This document shows, piece after piece, positions 1-9,986 of a DNA stretch of 64,000 nucleotides. This DNA is from an uncultured Candidatus Saccharibacteria bacterium (GTDB lineage Bacteria > Patescibacteriota > Minisyncoccia > Phycocordibacterales > UBA9973). The notes beneath the pieces are model-generated. The model ran no database searches and had not been told where the DNA came from. It was given only the letters and a program-made list of their open reading frames with translations. A program made the translations under genes and the position numbers. The stretch covers positions 9,168 through 73,167 of the forward strand of contig CAYTXV010000002.1 of NCBI GenBank assembly GCA_964441495.1. The letters run 5' to 3'. Every line of letters starts with the position of its first letter. Within the stretch, counting starts at the first letter, position 1.

Positions 1-540
1 TGTTGCAATTGTCTTGTTGTCATCACGGAGGAATCGCAAGAGCGCGGTTTGGTTTTTGTCACCAAACACTGCTTCATATATGTTGGGGATATAGATGTTG
101 GTTATCTGAAGCGGTACTCCCCCATCCTCTATCTCATACACATACCCACTTGAGCGAGAAACGTATCGGATAATTTTTTTATATCGTGTTTCTGTGACTT
201 GTTTTGCTTTGGGGTTGGTAGTGTCTGCTGCGATCGTCACTTTGTATGGTTCGGTATATGCGACAAACCCTGCAACTGGGTGTGGGCTGAGTTGTTTGAG
301 TTTGGACTGAGTTTCTGGCGCAGGGTTGCTGTCTGTAGTGGGTGCTTCACCAACAACTCCAGGAATAGTCCCAGGATCTCCGAGGAGTGCAGGATCAGTC
401 ACTTCTCGTGTTGGGAAAAATGACGAGAAATCAGTGATCGACGGGACACCGTCTTGGGTTTGTGCTTGTCGACTATAAAAGTACCACCCTGCTGTACCGA
501 CAAGTGCAATACCGATGATGATAATGAGAATCTTTCGCAT
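1..540 (-). CDS. membrane-anchored hypothetical protein, N-terminal 180 aa only (gene runs off the left edge); last visible gene of the T4SS-like operon
   Basis: The reverse-strand ATG at 540..538 opens an uninterrupted frame to position 1 (MRKILIIIIGIALVGTAGWYFYSRQAQ...). It has an N-terminal TM helix. It is absent from the ORF track because no stop lies in the window. It starts 22 nt downstream of the preceding same-strand gene. Confidence 0.5.
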   Translation of the reverse strand, partial: MRKILIIIIGIALVGTAGWYFYSRQAQTQDGVPSITDFSSFFPTREVTDPALLGDPGTIPGVVGEAPTTDSNPAPETQSKLKQLSPHPVAGFVAYTEPYKVTIAADTTNPKAKQVTETRYKKIIRYVSRSSGYVYEIEDGGVPLQITNIYIPNIYEAVFGDKNQTALLRFLRDDNKTIAT

Positions 541-562
541 GAGGGTATTGTACTATAAATAA

Positions 563-2365
563 CTATCGTATTTCACCCTTTGCTTTTGCTTCATCAATTT
601 GTTTTTGAATACTTATTTTTTTTCCAACCACCTGGTTTCCGTAAAATTCATTTGCAGGCCTTCTTCCTGGTGTACAAACTGACCCAGAGTAATATTTACA
701 CGCAGCATCTCTTTCGTTTTTATTTGGACCTTGAAGTTTTTTTAGATAAACAGCGGATACCATTAGTGCATCATTTAATACCCAAGGATTTGGCCTGTGT
801 CCAAGATACTGCTCAGCTTCTGCTCTTTGCTCAAGCCATGTTGTAGGGATAAATTGTGTATAACCAATTGCTCCACCCCACCCTTCTCCAAATGGACAAG
901 AGACTGATTTTGTTGAAGGGTTGATACCTAATTCTTGCATTATTGTTAGATATGCCGTCTTATCTTTTCTTTGATTGTCTTCTCGCATAACTCGAGGCGC
1001 GTCCCACTTACAAGCACCTAAGTTTGTACCACTACCGGTTTCTTGCGCAAAGATTGCTAGTATAAAAGCGGTGTCTACTCCTGTTTTTTCAGAAGCTAAT
1101 TTTGCAGCAGGATAAGCGTTTTTATTAAAATTAACCTTAACAGGTTTACCATCAAAATTACCAGTAAGAGATCCTGTAAGAACAAACTCTTTAACTCCCA
1201 CCGCAACCTGATCAATATTGATCGTATTTGTCACCAGTTTGGGATTGATAGTGTTGAGTATCACATATGCAGACAGTGCGATCAGGAGTCCTATAAGCGC
1301 TGAGCTAAAGTTGCTCTTTGCATTTGCTTTCAAGAATGGCACATCGGTGACTATGTATTGATACCCCTCGTATATGAGGCGAAGCACAAGCATCACAGCG
1401 GTAAGTCCTATAAGTACCTTAAATGCAAAATTGAGAAAGCCGTTTACGTCACAAACAGCGTTTGGGTCAAGTGTCCCCCTTGCCTTTTCTTCTGCACAGA
1501 GACCTGGATCCATAAGCACAGACAGTTGTGGCCATGGTGCAAGCAGTCGGTACTCGCGCTCACTCAATGCTTTGTCTGCTGCTGCGCTTCCTGAGGGGGT
1601 ATATGTTTGCCCTGCTCTGAAACTATCTCCTGGTACAACAGTAACAACACCTCGGTTACGAACTACTTGTCTAAAAAAGTAAAGCTGGTTTGGGGTGAGT
1701 CCTTGAAGTCTGAAAAAGTATGATCCGTCACCGGCAACACCTTCTATGCTTCCGCTGTTTGCTTGTGTTGCAACCTTGAACTGAGCTCCTTGAGGAAGTG
1801 CTTCATTTGTATCGGTAAATCTTGCAAGACTGTATTGGAGCTCAACACGAATCCCAGTCATCGTCCCATATTTGGTTGTATCAAGTTTACCCGAGAAACT
1901 TGCTTGTTGTCCGTTTGTTGTTATCTTGAGAGGTTCTCCATAAAAGTTTGTGATCTTGGGTGTAGTGACTATTTTGGTTCCGGTGACAAGTTGTGGGGAT
2001 TGGATGTTTGCTATGTTGTACACGCGTATGTAGTACGTTGTGTTGGGGAGTGTGGCAAACTCCCATGTTGCAGTACCGCCCACATCAACCTGACGCACCC
2101 TGTTTGCAGGAGAAGGTATCGCGCTGTATGCATCGATAAAGCGAACGATGCCGTTGTTGCGCACATAATCAAGTGCGCCTGTAGATTGTTCGGTTTGTGC
2201 AAGTATCGCAAGTGGTGCTGTTTGCCCTGCTGCACCAGAGAGGGTCACTTTCATACTTGTTTCTGTGGTGGTTACTTCAAGTGGATACGGCGGGGCTGCG
2301 CGCGATACACCGACGATGCTTACAAAACACACTACAACCAAAAAGAAAAATCGTTTCATACTCAA
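563..2365 (-). CDS. secreted/membrane protein with a C-terminal lytic transglycosylase (SLT, VirB1-like) domain
   Basis: 600 aa with a signal peptide (MSMKRFFFLVVVCFVSIVGVSRA). Two central hydrophobic helices (LIGLTAVMLVLRLIY, LIGLLIALSAYVIL) are followed by a C-terminal FAQETGSG...GAIGYTQFIPTTW segment typical of SLT-type muramidases. The start overlaps the upstream gene by 4 nt. Confidence 0.7.
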   Translation of the reverse strand: MSMKRFFFLVVVCFVSIVGVSRAAPPYPLEVTTTETSMKVTLSGAAGQTAPLAILAQTEQSTGALDYVRNNGIVRFIDAYSAIPSPANRVRQVDVGGTATWEFATLPNTTYYIRVYNIANIQSPQLVTGTKIVTTPKITNFYGEPLKITTNGQQASFSGKLDTTKYGTMTGIRVELQYSLARFTDTNEALPQGAQFKVATQANSGSIEGVAGDGSYFFRLQGLTPNQLYFFRQVVRNRGVVTVVPGDSFRAGQTYTPSGSAAADKALSEREYRLLAPWPQLSVLMDPGLCAEEKARGTLDPNAVCDVNGFLNFAFKVLIGLTAVMLVLRLIYEGYQYIVTDVPFLKANAKSNFSSALIGLLIALSAYVILNTINPKLVTNTINIDQVAVGVKEFVLTGSLTGNFDGKPVKVNFNKNAYPAAKLASEKTGVDTAFILAIFAQETGSGTNLGACKWDAPRVMREDNQRKDKTAYLTIMQELGINPSTKSVSCPFGEGWGGAIGYTQFIPTTWLEQRAEAEQYLGHRPNPWVLNDALMVSAVYLKKLQGPNKNERDAACKYYSGSVCTPGRRPANEFYGNQVVGKKISIQKQIDEAKAKGEIR

Positions 2366-3297
2366 AATACTAGTGTAAATGTTTTTGTAAGATTTTGTAA
2401 GCTATAGACAAGTGTCGTGATTGCTACAGTGAGCTTGCTTTGCCCTCCTAGCTCTGGGCGAGTGAGCGCAAACTCATTGGGTATATCACTTGTAAACGGT
2501 GATCCATCGATTGTTGTTTCAAATGAAAGGTCTGCAAGTGTGTTTTTGACAAGACTGAAATAGTACGGTTCTACTCTAAGAATCGCTCCAGGTTCAGTAA
2601 AGGGAACAGTAGAATCGTAGCCTTTTGTATGATCAATAAATCCACTTGTTACTTTGTACAGCACGGCCTGTGGATCGGTTGGAGTGAGTGCGGTGCTTGC
2701 AGTTGCACTATAAGTGCCACTTTGTGCATTAACAGATATTTTTGTTGTTTGATCAAACGCGCTGTGTCTGATCGCAATGCTTGATTTGTTGTAGCCAGAG
2801 ACTGTAGTGAGCGCACTTCCATTTTTGGACCAGTTGTATGAAAGATTTTTGGGAGTGCTTGGGTTTGGGATTGCGGTGAGCCTCACTGCGCCTCCTACTG
2901 GCATGAGCGCTTTGCCTTTATAAAAGGGCGGTGTGTATGCGTCAATTGCTTCCCAGAGGAGGTCGATACTTCCTGGTCGCAAGATAACAGTGTCGCTTCC
3001 TGATTCAAGTCCTGCACCAGATGCGGTCACGGTGATAGTCCCAGTTGCACCACTTGCTGGTGCGATGACTGACACGCTTGATTTGCCAGTACCAGAAGCA
3101 ATCACTTTGCCGTTGTATGTCCAGGTGAGTGATGATTGGTTGATATCAGCACCATAGCTTTGTGCGGTGAGCGTCACTGTCTCGCCTGGTTGCGGATTTG
3201 TCGGGATCATCTCTATAGAGACGTCAACAGCTTGCGCGTGTAGAGCAACCGTGAGCACACTCCATCCGAGACATGCAAGCAAAACTAATCGTTTCAT
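2362..3297 (-). CDS. secreted protein with Ig-like beta-sandwich repeats (hypothetical)
   Basis: ORF 2362..3315; the internal start MKRLVLLACLGWSVLTVALHAQA at 3297 gives a clean signal peptide. The T/S/G-rich repeats look like Ig folds. No named family recognised. Confidence 0.55.
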   Translation of the reverse strand: MKRLVLLACLGWSVLTVALHAQAVDVSIEMIPTNPQPGETVTLTAQSYGADINQSSLTWTYNGKVIASGTGKSSVSVIAPASGATGTITVTASGAGLESGSDTVILRPGSIDLLWEAIDAYTPPFYKGKALMPVGGAVRLTAIPNPSTPKNLSYNWSKNGSALTTVSGYNKSSIAIRHSAFDQTTKISVNAQSGTYSATASTALTPTDPQAVLYKVTSGFIDHTKGYDSTVPFTEPGAILRVEPYYFSLVKNTLADLSFETTIDGSPFTSDIPNEFALTRPELGGQSKLTVAITTLVYSLQNLTKTFTLVF

Positions 3298-3320
3298 TAC
3301 TCCAAAGTATAGCACCTGTG

Positions 3321-5147
3321 CTACTGATTTTGCTCTTGAAACTCACGCTTTGCGTTTCTGATTGAGATCACTTGTGATGGATCTGAGGTGATGATCTGGT
3401 CTTCGGTATAGGACGCGATGATTTTGATCGCGACGTGTTTGAGTCCTGCAAAGAAAATCCCTTCCCCTACCCCTGATTCGAGCAAGAGAAACTTTTCTTC
3501 ATCGGTGAGGTTAAACGTCTTTTGGAGGACGTCGATGGTCGATGGGGATTGCTTGAGGAGAAGCTGGATCGATGAGTTGGTAACGATCGGTACACCGTAC
3601 GGACTTTTCATAAAGTCGCCCACGTCTTGGGTGATCGTGCAGAGCCCGAGATAGTATTTGCGACCACGCTTTGCGATCGAGTAGAGAAACGATGCAGTAT
3701 CTTCTGATTTCATCATCCACCACGCCTCATCGACGACGAGGAGTCGTTTCTTGAGCTCTTTGCGGACTGCGTTCCAGATGAAGTGCGTGACGATATACAT
3801 CGCCGCTGGTTTGAGATCGTCTTCCATGTCGCGGACAGAAAACACTACAAACTTTTTATTGATATCGACATTGGTTGGTTGGTTGATGAAACTTGCCCAT
3901 GAACCATGCGTGTATTTGGTGAGGCGCTGGAGGATGCTCTCTGTCCCTTCCATACCGGTGAGCACCATCTCAAAGTCTGAGAGGAGTGGTGGCTCAATCG
4001 TAGAGAAGTCGCTCTCAGGAGTGATGTCTTTGAGTGAGTAGGTCTCGGTGATTGCGCGATCGATGAGTGAGTCTTCTTCTGGAGTAAGTCCGCCGAGCAT
4101 GATGCGAAACAGTCCCACAAGGTTGATCACGTTGCTGCGGAGCACGTCAGCAGGAGCTTCGTCAGGTCGTGGGATCGGCAAATCAAACGGGTTGATATGG
4201 TTGTCTGATGAGAGTGAGATGTTGAAGTATCGCCCCCCTACTGCTTCGGCGAGGTACTCGTACTCTCGTTCAGGGTCGATCACGATGACATCGGTGTCAA
4301 ACATGAGCGTGCGGATTATCTCAAGCTTTGTTGCGTATGACTTACCAGCACCAGACTTGGCAAAGATGATGGAGTTGTAGTTTTCGAGAGAAAATCGATC
4401 AAAGATAACAAGTGATGAGTTGTGACGGTTCACGCCATAGAGGATCCCGGTCTCACTCGTGAGGTCAAACGATACAAATGGAAACATACTCGAGATCGGC
4501 TCTGAGTTGAGTTTCTGGGTGATACCAAGCTTGTCAGAGCCAAGCGGGACGACGGTTTTGAAGCCGTCTTCTTCTTGAAACAGTGCTGGTTTGATGTAGA
4601 TCATGCGACTCTCGAGCATGCTTTTGATCTCGCTCTCTGTACGGAACAGATCGTTTTCGTTGTCGGCATAGATAGAGATATAAAAGCCGATATCAAACAT
4701 CTTTTCCTGTGCTTGGGTGAGGTTGTCACGGAGCTCCTCGAGGTCTTGGTATGCGGTGTCGAGCATTGGGTCACGGACAAGACCTTTTTGCTGACGGACG
4801 ATGATCTGACTTTCTACTTCAGCAATCTTTTTTTGGAAGTGTTTCAAGAGCTCGGCGGTCTCTATCGGGTTGATATAGATCGCAACGTCAAAAATCTTGT
4901 CGAGGTTGATGATCGGTGTCATCCAGTTGTCAGTGAGGTAGCGCGGGTATGAGATAACAAAAAACGTGCGCACAGTCTTGTCTCCGATGCGCATTGATTT
5001 GGGAGTGATCTCTATCGCAGAGGGCGCAATCTTGTCAGCGAGCTCCATCGTTGCCCACTCGTAGATCTTGCTCGGTGAGATAGGAAGCGCTTTATCTTCT
5101 TTTTTTTCTTTCGATCCAAAGAGGCCCATTGCCTTTGTAGTATACAC
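3321..5147 (-). CDS. virB4: VirB4/TrbE/TraC-family type IV secretion ATPase
   Basis: 608 aa with Walker A FAKSGAGKSYATK and Walker B LLVVDEAWWMM. The N-terminal region resembles Gram-positive VirB4 proteins (...YPRYLTDNW...). The start is GTG at 5147 (1-nt overlap with the upstream stop) or ATG at 5129. Confidence 0.9.
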   Translation of the reverse strand: MYTTKAMGLFGSKEKKEDKALPISPSKIYEWATMELADKIAPSAIEITPKSMRIGDKTVRTFFVISYPRYLTDNWMTPIINLDKIFDVAIYINPIETAELLKHFQKKIAEVESQIIVRQQKGLVRDPMLDTAYQDLEELRDNLTQAQEKMFDIGFYISIYADNENDLFRTESEIKSMLESRMIYIKPALFQEEDGFKTVVPLGSDKLGITQKLNSEPISSMFPFVSFDLTSETGILYGVNRHNSSLVIFDRFSLENYNSIIFAKSGAGKSYATKLEIIRTLMFDTDVIVIDPEREYEYLAEAVGGRYFNISLSSDNHINPFDLPIPRPDEAPADVLRSNVINLVGLFRIMLGGLTPEEDSLIDRAITETYSLKDITPESDFSTIEPPLLSDFEMVLTGMEGTESILQRLTKYTHGSWASFINQPTNVDINKKFVVFSVRDMEDDLKPAAMYIVTHFIWNAVRKELKKRLLVVDEAWWMMKSEDTASFLYSIAKRGRKYYLGLCTITQDVGDFMKSPYGVPIVTNSSIQLLLKQSPSTIDVLQKTFNLTDEEKFLLLESGVGEGIFFAGLKHVAIKIIASYTEDQIITSDPSQVISIRNAKREFQEQNQ

Positions 5148-5785
5148 TACGGTTTTGCTTGCGTCGTGTTTTCGCCGGGGTTAAATGTCTTGTAGAGGAG
5201 TTCAATCACCTCTTCGGTACCGAGTTGTGCAACACGAAGTCCAACACGACTGAGTCCTTGTTCAACAACAGACACGCGCTCTTCGAGTTGTGTGCGCTGC
5301 TCTTCAAAATCAGATACACCTTCCCCTTGCACGCTTGTCGGGGTTTTGTTGAGGAATGAAAATACTTTGGAAATCCCCTTCTGCTGACTCAATATCGGTG
5401 GGATATATGGTACGACCACAAAGAAACTCTTGCGCATGATGTTTACCTGGTCAGTAAACGACTGGATGAACTGGATGTACTCACGGGTTTGCACTTGGAG
5501 GAGTGGCTCAGTCTGCTCACGCAAACGGTTTTCGAGCGTCAGGATATACGGTCTGATGTCGTAGCGGCGTGATTGGATGACGATCTGGATTGGGAAATCA
5601 AGTGTGTTGAGGAAGCTCTGAAACTGCATGAGTGTCGCACGTTGCTCGTCTGCACTCTTGAGCGAGAGGTTGATAGACGAGACAAGCACTGCCATCGCAA
5701 GCGTGCCGTCTTTCATGACGATGATCCCGTCGCGAACTTCTTTGACGGGGACGAACTGTTGAGCTGGTGTGCCGACGAGTGCCAT
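5147..5785 (-). CDS. hypothetical T4SS accessory protein (loosely resembles a VirB4 N-terminal-type domain)
   Basis: 212 aa with no TM segment, translationally coupled to virB4. The pattern VKEVRDGIIVMKDGTLAMAVLVSSINLSLKS..EQ recalls N-terminal regions of conjugative ATPases. The assignment is weak. Confidence 0.45.
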   Translation of the reverse strand: MALVGTPAQQFVPVKEVRDGIIVMKDGTLAMAVLVSSINLSLKSADEQRATLMQFQSFLNTLDFPIQIVIQSRRYDIRPYILTLENRLREQTEPLLQVQTREYIQFIQSFTDQVNIMRKSFFVVVPYIPPILSQQKGISKVFSFLNKTPTSVQGEGVSDFEEQRTQLEERVSVVEQGLSRVGLRVAQLGTEEVIELLYKTFNPGENTTQAKP

Positions 5786-5813
5786 TGTGTTAAGTATACC
5801 TTATATATGTCGA

Positions 5814-6212
5814 TTATTTCTTGGGATCGATCACATCGAGACTCCAAGAGAGTGTCTTGAGTTTGCTTTCGGTGAGGCTCGTGCGCGCTTGACTTGCAGC
5901 TGCTTCGGGTACTGTTTGTTTGGGAGCAACAGGGTCCTGCTTGCGCCACAGGTAGAGGCGTGATCGCGTGTAGTAGCGGACAAATGACTCAACGACGTGG
6001 ATGAACGGCTTGTCATTGTACTTCATAAACGTAAGCGCAAGCGCAAATCCTGCACAGACTGGAGCGACGATGAGCGCGATAAATATCGGGAGGAATTTGA
6101 ACGACAGATACACGAGCCCTGCCCCGCCCGCGAGGTAGACAAACTGTCGAAACGTAAATGGTCCAAAGACTTTGTCTTCGATATCGATAAACTGTGGCAC
6201 CTTGAACTGCAT
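5814..6212 (-). CDS. PrgI-family (VirB3-like) small membrane protein
   Basis: 132 aa. MQFKVPQFIDIEDKVFGPFTFRQFVYLAGG followed by two TM helices matches the PrgI/VirB3-like architecture usually found upstream of virB4. Confidence 0.7.
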   Translation of the reverse strand: MQFKVPQFIDIEDKVFGPFTFRQFVYLAGGAGLVYLSFKFLPIFIALIVAPVCAGFALALTFMKYNDKPFIHVVESFVRYYTRSRLYLWRKQDPVAPKQTVPEAAASQARTSLTESKLKTLSWSLDVIDPKK

Positions 6213-6236
6213 GTATGTAGTGTACTACACAGAGCG

Positions 6237-6725
6237 CTACTTTTCAGGGATTTCTCGGTATGGATCTACGACAGGTTTTGCAGCAGCAGGTGCACTGTCG
6301 CCATACTCACGTTTGATCGGTGCGGTTGTTGTGGGGGTGATGAGAGGGTCGGTGAGGTGTTTTATTACATTAGAAACCTTATCTTTTATTGGTGAAGGTG
6401 TGTTTTCCATATCTCTATGAACCTCAAGAATTGTAAGTATTTCATCGATAATGTGTTGTTGTATGCCAAGCTTAAGTTCCGCGGCAAGTTCTTTAGTTGA
6501 GATGTTTTGTTCAATTGTTGTTTTTACTTCAACCAAAGGTGTTATTCCAAGTATAAACTGCAAGGTTTTGTTGCGTATATCGGTAAGCACATCTTCATTT
6601 TGAAATTTTGGCTTATATGAATCAAAAAAGACATCAAATTCTCCACCAAATAGAAAAGAATACAGCTCTTCCGGAATAGTTTCGAGTGCCTCATCTATTT
6701 GATTATTTAATTCTTTTGCATCCAT
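6237..6725 (-). CDS. hypothetical protein
   Basis: 162 aa, acidic, AT-rich codons, with no TM segment and no recognised motif. Called on operon context only. Confidence 0.45.
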   Translation of the reverse strand: MDAKELNNQIDEALETIPEELYSFLFGGEFDVFFDSYKPKFQNEDVLTDIRNKTLQFILGITPLVEVKTTIEQNISTKELAAELKLGIQQHIIDEILTILEVHRDMENTPSPIKDKVSNVIKHLTDPLITPTTTAPIKREYGDSAPAAAKPVVDPYREIPEK

Positions 6726-6734
6726 AAAATGATG

Positions 6735-9700
6735 TTATTCTTTACCTTCTAATTTTTTCTTCTGTTCTTCAATATACTTATCGAGATCTTGCCATTTCTT
6801 TTGTTCATTTTTGAGTTTGACGCGTTTTGCCTTAAGATCAGTTAGCTTTTTGAGGTTTTGAGGATTTGGTGTGTTTGCGTAAGTATCTTCTGCATCTTTG
6901 ATTTCTTTATTAAGTTCCTTAAAGTCAAATTTAAATTGTTGACGCGCCTTAATTTGTTCCAAAATTTCTTTCTTTCTGTCTTTATCGTTTTCGGCAGCTG
7001 TTACATCTACATCGAGTGCTTTTGCGGTATTTATATCTCTATCTTTTACAAAATCATAGAAACCACCATTTACTTTTTTACCAGTACTGTCTATAAATTC
7101 AATCTTTTCTCCTCGGAGTAAAGATTTTCTTTGGTCTGCTGTGAGACTTGTCGTCCAAAGCCTATCGTTTTTAAGCTTCTCCATTGCGACCACTTCCCTA
7201 AAGCCATCTTTAAGAGTTTGGTTGATTTCAGTGAGATCTTTTTCGATTTTTGCTGACTCAGTAATCTTTTTTGCGGCTTTTTTATTTGCTTCTCGTCGAG
7301 TATTTACTCCAACCATTGCTCCAATCAAAGAGTCTTCCCCCAAGAAATCACCAAGAGCATCACCTTTTTTCAGGTTTTCCGCAAATTTATCTCTTCGCTC
7401 CGCATTCATTTCTTGTACAGATTTTTTCTCCTGAGGTTTTTCAATTGCAGCAATAGCTGTTTGTGTAACATCCATTTTCAATATCGACATACGTTCCTGC
7501 TCGTACCTGTCTTTATCATTTGTTTTCCATTTATCAACTTGTGCCTTACCGTAAGCTTTAACCATTTTTTCTTCGACGATAGCATCAACTTTTGATTGGT
7601 ATTCTTTCTTAACTTTTTCGTTGTAGGCATCGATATCACCCTGACTTTGCTTGCTTTCGAGTAGTTTTGATTCAGCTTCTTGTTTTTTTTGATACCGTTC
7701 TATTTGACCATGATATCCACCTGCTGTACTTGAGGTACCAAGCCCAAGACCCATACCAGACAGAGCACTAAGCGCTTTTTGGTCCGTGTTTATACCCATT
7801 TCTTTAAATAGTGTTGATCCAAGTTGAGTTTTTCTTGCATCGAATGAAGACTTTTCTGTTGCATTGAGAGTACTAATACTGCGACGAGCTAGCCAACCAC
7901 CCATACCACTAGATTTTCCTTTGTCACGAAGCCATTCCCCTGCTTTTGATTTGTTCAGAGATGTTGCCATGCCACCTATAACCCTACCACCCATGAGGGC
8001 GCCAGCTCCAAGTGCTGCTCCACCAACAAGTCCAGTAGCTTTTTGGGCATAGTTTTGCACCATCGTTCCAAACTTGCCAGCATAGCTTTCCGCTAACCCT
8101 ACTCCTTGCTTGATCATAAAGTACACGATGAGCATAGGGATCGCGATGTAGACCACTGTTTCAAAGAAGTTTGTACCCACACGGTCTTGGTAGACCTTGA
8201 TAAAGTCAGTTTCAAGGAGTGAGTAGATCACATATAGGAAAAAGACAAAGATAGGTGCAAGTGTTGCGTATTTGGTCAAGTCACTCCACCAGTTGTTCCA
8301 GGAGAGTTCTTTGATACCGCTTACAAGCGGGACACCTCCCCTTCCGAGAAATGCAAATGGTGCAAATATCATCGCCATATACAGGCCAATCACTCGCCCG
8401 AGGAAAAAGAATGCAGTCTTCCAAAACATCATCGCAACTGCAAAGAGTATGACTGCCGCGATCAAACTCACAACGGTGTAGTACCCAGCGTACTCACTAT
8501 CGCCGACACTCAGTGTCTTGGCGCCGCCCTGGGCGGTTGTGCCATTGTCAGGGAGCATGCTCGAAGTACTGAGTACATTCATGCTAAATATCTTTTGAGG
8601 GTTAAACGATGAAACAATCTTTTCGGAGAGTGGTGTATACCCTGCGATACCTGGTTTAGGGTTTTTGACTGCGCCGGTGTTTTCATCTTTTTGGCATTCA
8701 CCATCACATACTTGTACCGAATGATAAAAGACTCGCGCGACGATATTGGATACATCAATGACAACCCGCGTAGCAAGGAGAGAAAAGTTGATGAGAAGCG
8801 CGTTGAGGATGAGCGTCACGAGGACCTTTTTGGGATTGAAGCTGCTCGTGTTAAAGACAGTCGCAAGTCCCACATAGACGAGGATAATGATGAAAAATAT
8901 ATTGCAGATGTCTCGTACGATTTGCCAACCACGGATTGCAAACTCGGCTCTGTAGGAGCTATCGCTGAGTGAATACCCGAGGAAGAAGTCGAACAGGTTA
9001 CCCATAACCCCCGCAAACCATGCAACCGGTCTATACACGAGATAGTACACAATTTGTGCAACACACCCCATAATGCTTCCGTTGAAGACTCCGCAGCTTG
9101 GGATAGCGCTCTGTGTCGGTGTTGTATCAACTGGTGTGATAGCGCCCGGAGTTTGCGCTTGCGCCTCAGCAGCAGTCTGTGGCATCCGAAACTCGGCAGA
9201 AGTTGCTATTTTGAAGTATGGCCTATTATCTCCACAAAGATTGTTAAACATCCTATAATTGGGATTTGATGGATTGTCTTGGGTCGGCAATTGTTCACCG
9301 CTTACTTCTCCCGCGCAGTACCAAGCATCGGCTTTATAGATTTCTCGATCTCCAATAGCCATAAATGTAGAGATGGGAGATGGTCTACTCCACTGTCCAG
9401 TTGTTGGGTCTGTTGTATATACCTCAGTAACAGGAAAAAGAACATTAAATTTGTCGTTTTGGAGTGTTCCGCCTGGTCGGTAGTGGTATATCTTGTCAGA
9501 ACTTTGATTTGTTGGAGTATTTTGTAATTCTTGTGTTTCGTGTGGGATTCTTGCGAACACACAAAGGTTTTCGTTTTGAGATTTACAAATACGAAGTATA
9601 AACACATAGTAACTTCCACCAGACAATCGGAAGTCGCGTATGTGATTCCACGCAGCTTCTTTTGTTCCGACAGGTTCGGTTGTTGGATCGCCAAACAGGT

Positions 9701-9956
9701 CAAGCTTAAAGCTCATCTGTAGGTTGAACCGCACGTTTGGTGTTGTTGTGTTTGGTTCAAATAAGCTATAGAGCGATAACAAAGGGTTTGGGTTTGTTCC
9801 CTTAAATAGGTTTGTATAACTTTGGTAGTCAATAGATTGCTGCGCATACGCAGGTGCAACTGACCCAAGAAGAGACGCCATAAGTACAAGCGAAAGCACG
9901 ACTACTTTTGTAGTGCGAGCGCAGAGTGTACTGAACCGACGCCAGAGATGTTTCAC
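6735..9956 (-). CDS. polytopic membrane protein, VirB6/TrbL-like channel component with a long C-terminal K/E-rich coiled coil
   Basis: 1073 aa: signal/TM, an extracytoplasmic domain of about 300 aa, at least 6 TM helices (e.g. YYTVVSLIAAVILFAVAMMFW, YATLAPIFVFFLYVIYSLL), a Gly-rich segment, then about 380 aa of charged heptad-like sequence. Confidence 0.6.
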   Translation of the reverse strand: MKHLWRRFSTLCARTTKVVVLSLVLMASLLGSVAPAYAQQSIDYQSYTNLFKGTNPNPLLSLYSLFEPNTTTPNVRFNLQMSFKLDLFGDPTTEPVGTKEAAWNHIRDFRLSGGSYYVFILRICKSQNENLCVFARIPHETQELQNTPTNQSSDKIYHYRPGGTLQNDKFNVLFPVTEVYTTDPTTGQWSRPSPISTFMAIGDREIYKADAWYCAGEVSGEQLPTQDNPSNPNYRMFNNLCGDNRPYFKIATSAEFRMPQTAAEAQAQTPGAITPVDTTPTQSAIPSCGVFNGSIMGCVAQIVYYLVYRPVAWFAGVMGNLFDFFLGYSLSDSSYRAEFAIRGWQIVRDICNIFFIIILVYVGLATVFNTSSFNPKKVLVTLILNALLINFSLLATRVVIDVSNIVARVFYHSVQVCDGECQKDENTGAVKNPKPGIAGYTPLSEKIVSSFNPQKIFSMNVLSTSSMLPDNGTTAQGGAKTLSVGDSEYAGYYTVVSLIAAVILFAVAMMFWKTAFFFLGRVIGLYMAMIFAPFAFLGRGGVPLVSGIKELSWNNWWSDLTKYATLAPIFVFFLYVIYSLLETDFIKVYQDRVGTNFFETVVYIAIPMLIVYFMIKQGVGLAESYAGKFGTMVQNYAQKATGLVGGAALGAGALMGGRVIGGMATSLNKSKAGEWLRDKGKSSGMGGWLARRSISTLNATEKSSFDARKTQLGSTLFKEMGINTDQKALSALSGMGLGLGTSSTAGGYHGQIERYQKKQEAESKLLESKQSQGDIDAYNEKVKKEYQSKVDAIVEEKMVKAYGKAQVDKWKTNDKDRYEQERMSILKMDVTQTAIAAIEKPQEKKSVQEMNAERRDKFAENLKKGDALGDFLGEDSLIGAMVGVNTRREANKKAAKKITESAKIEKDLTEINQTLKDGFREVVAMEKLKNDRLWTTSLTADQRKSLLRGEKIEFIDSTGKKVNGGFYDFVKDRDINTAKALDVDVTAAENDKDRKKEILEQIKARQQFKFDFKELNKEIKDAEDTYANTPNPQNLKKLTDLKAKRVKLKNEQKKWQDLDKYIEEQKKKLEGKE

Positions 9957-9986
9957 ACTAGCAGTGTATCACGGAGTGCAAAGTCT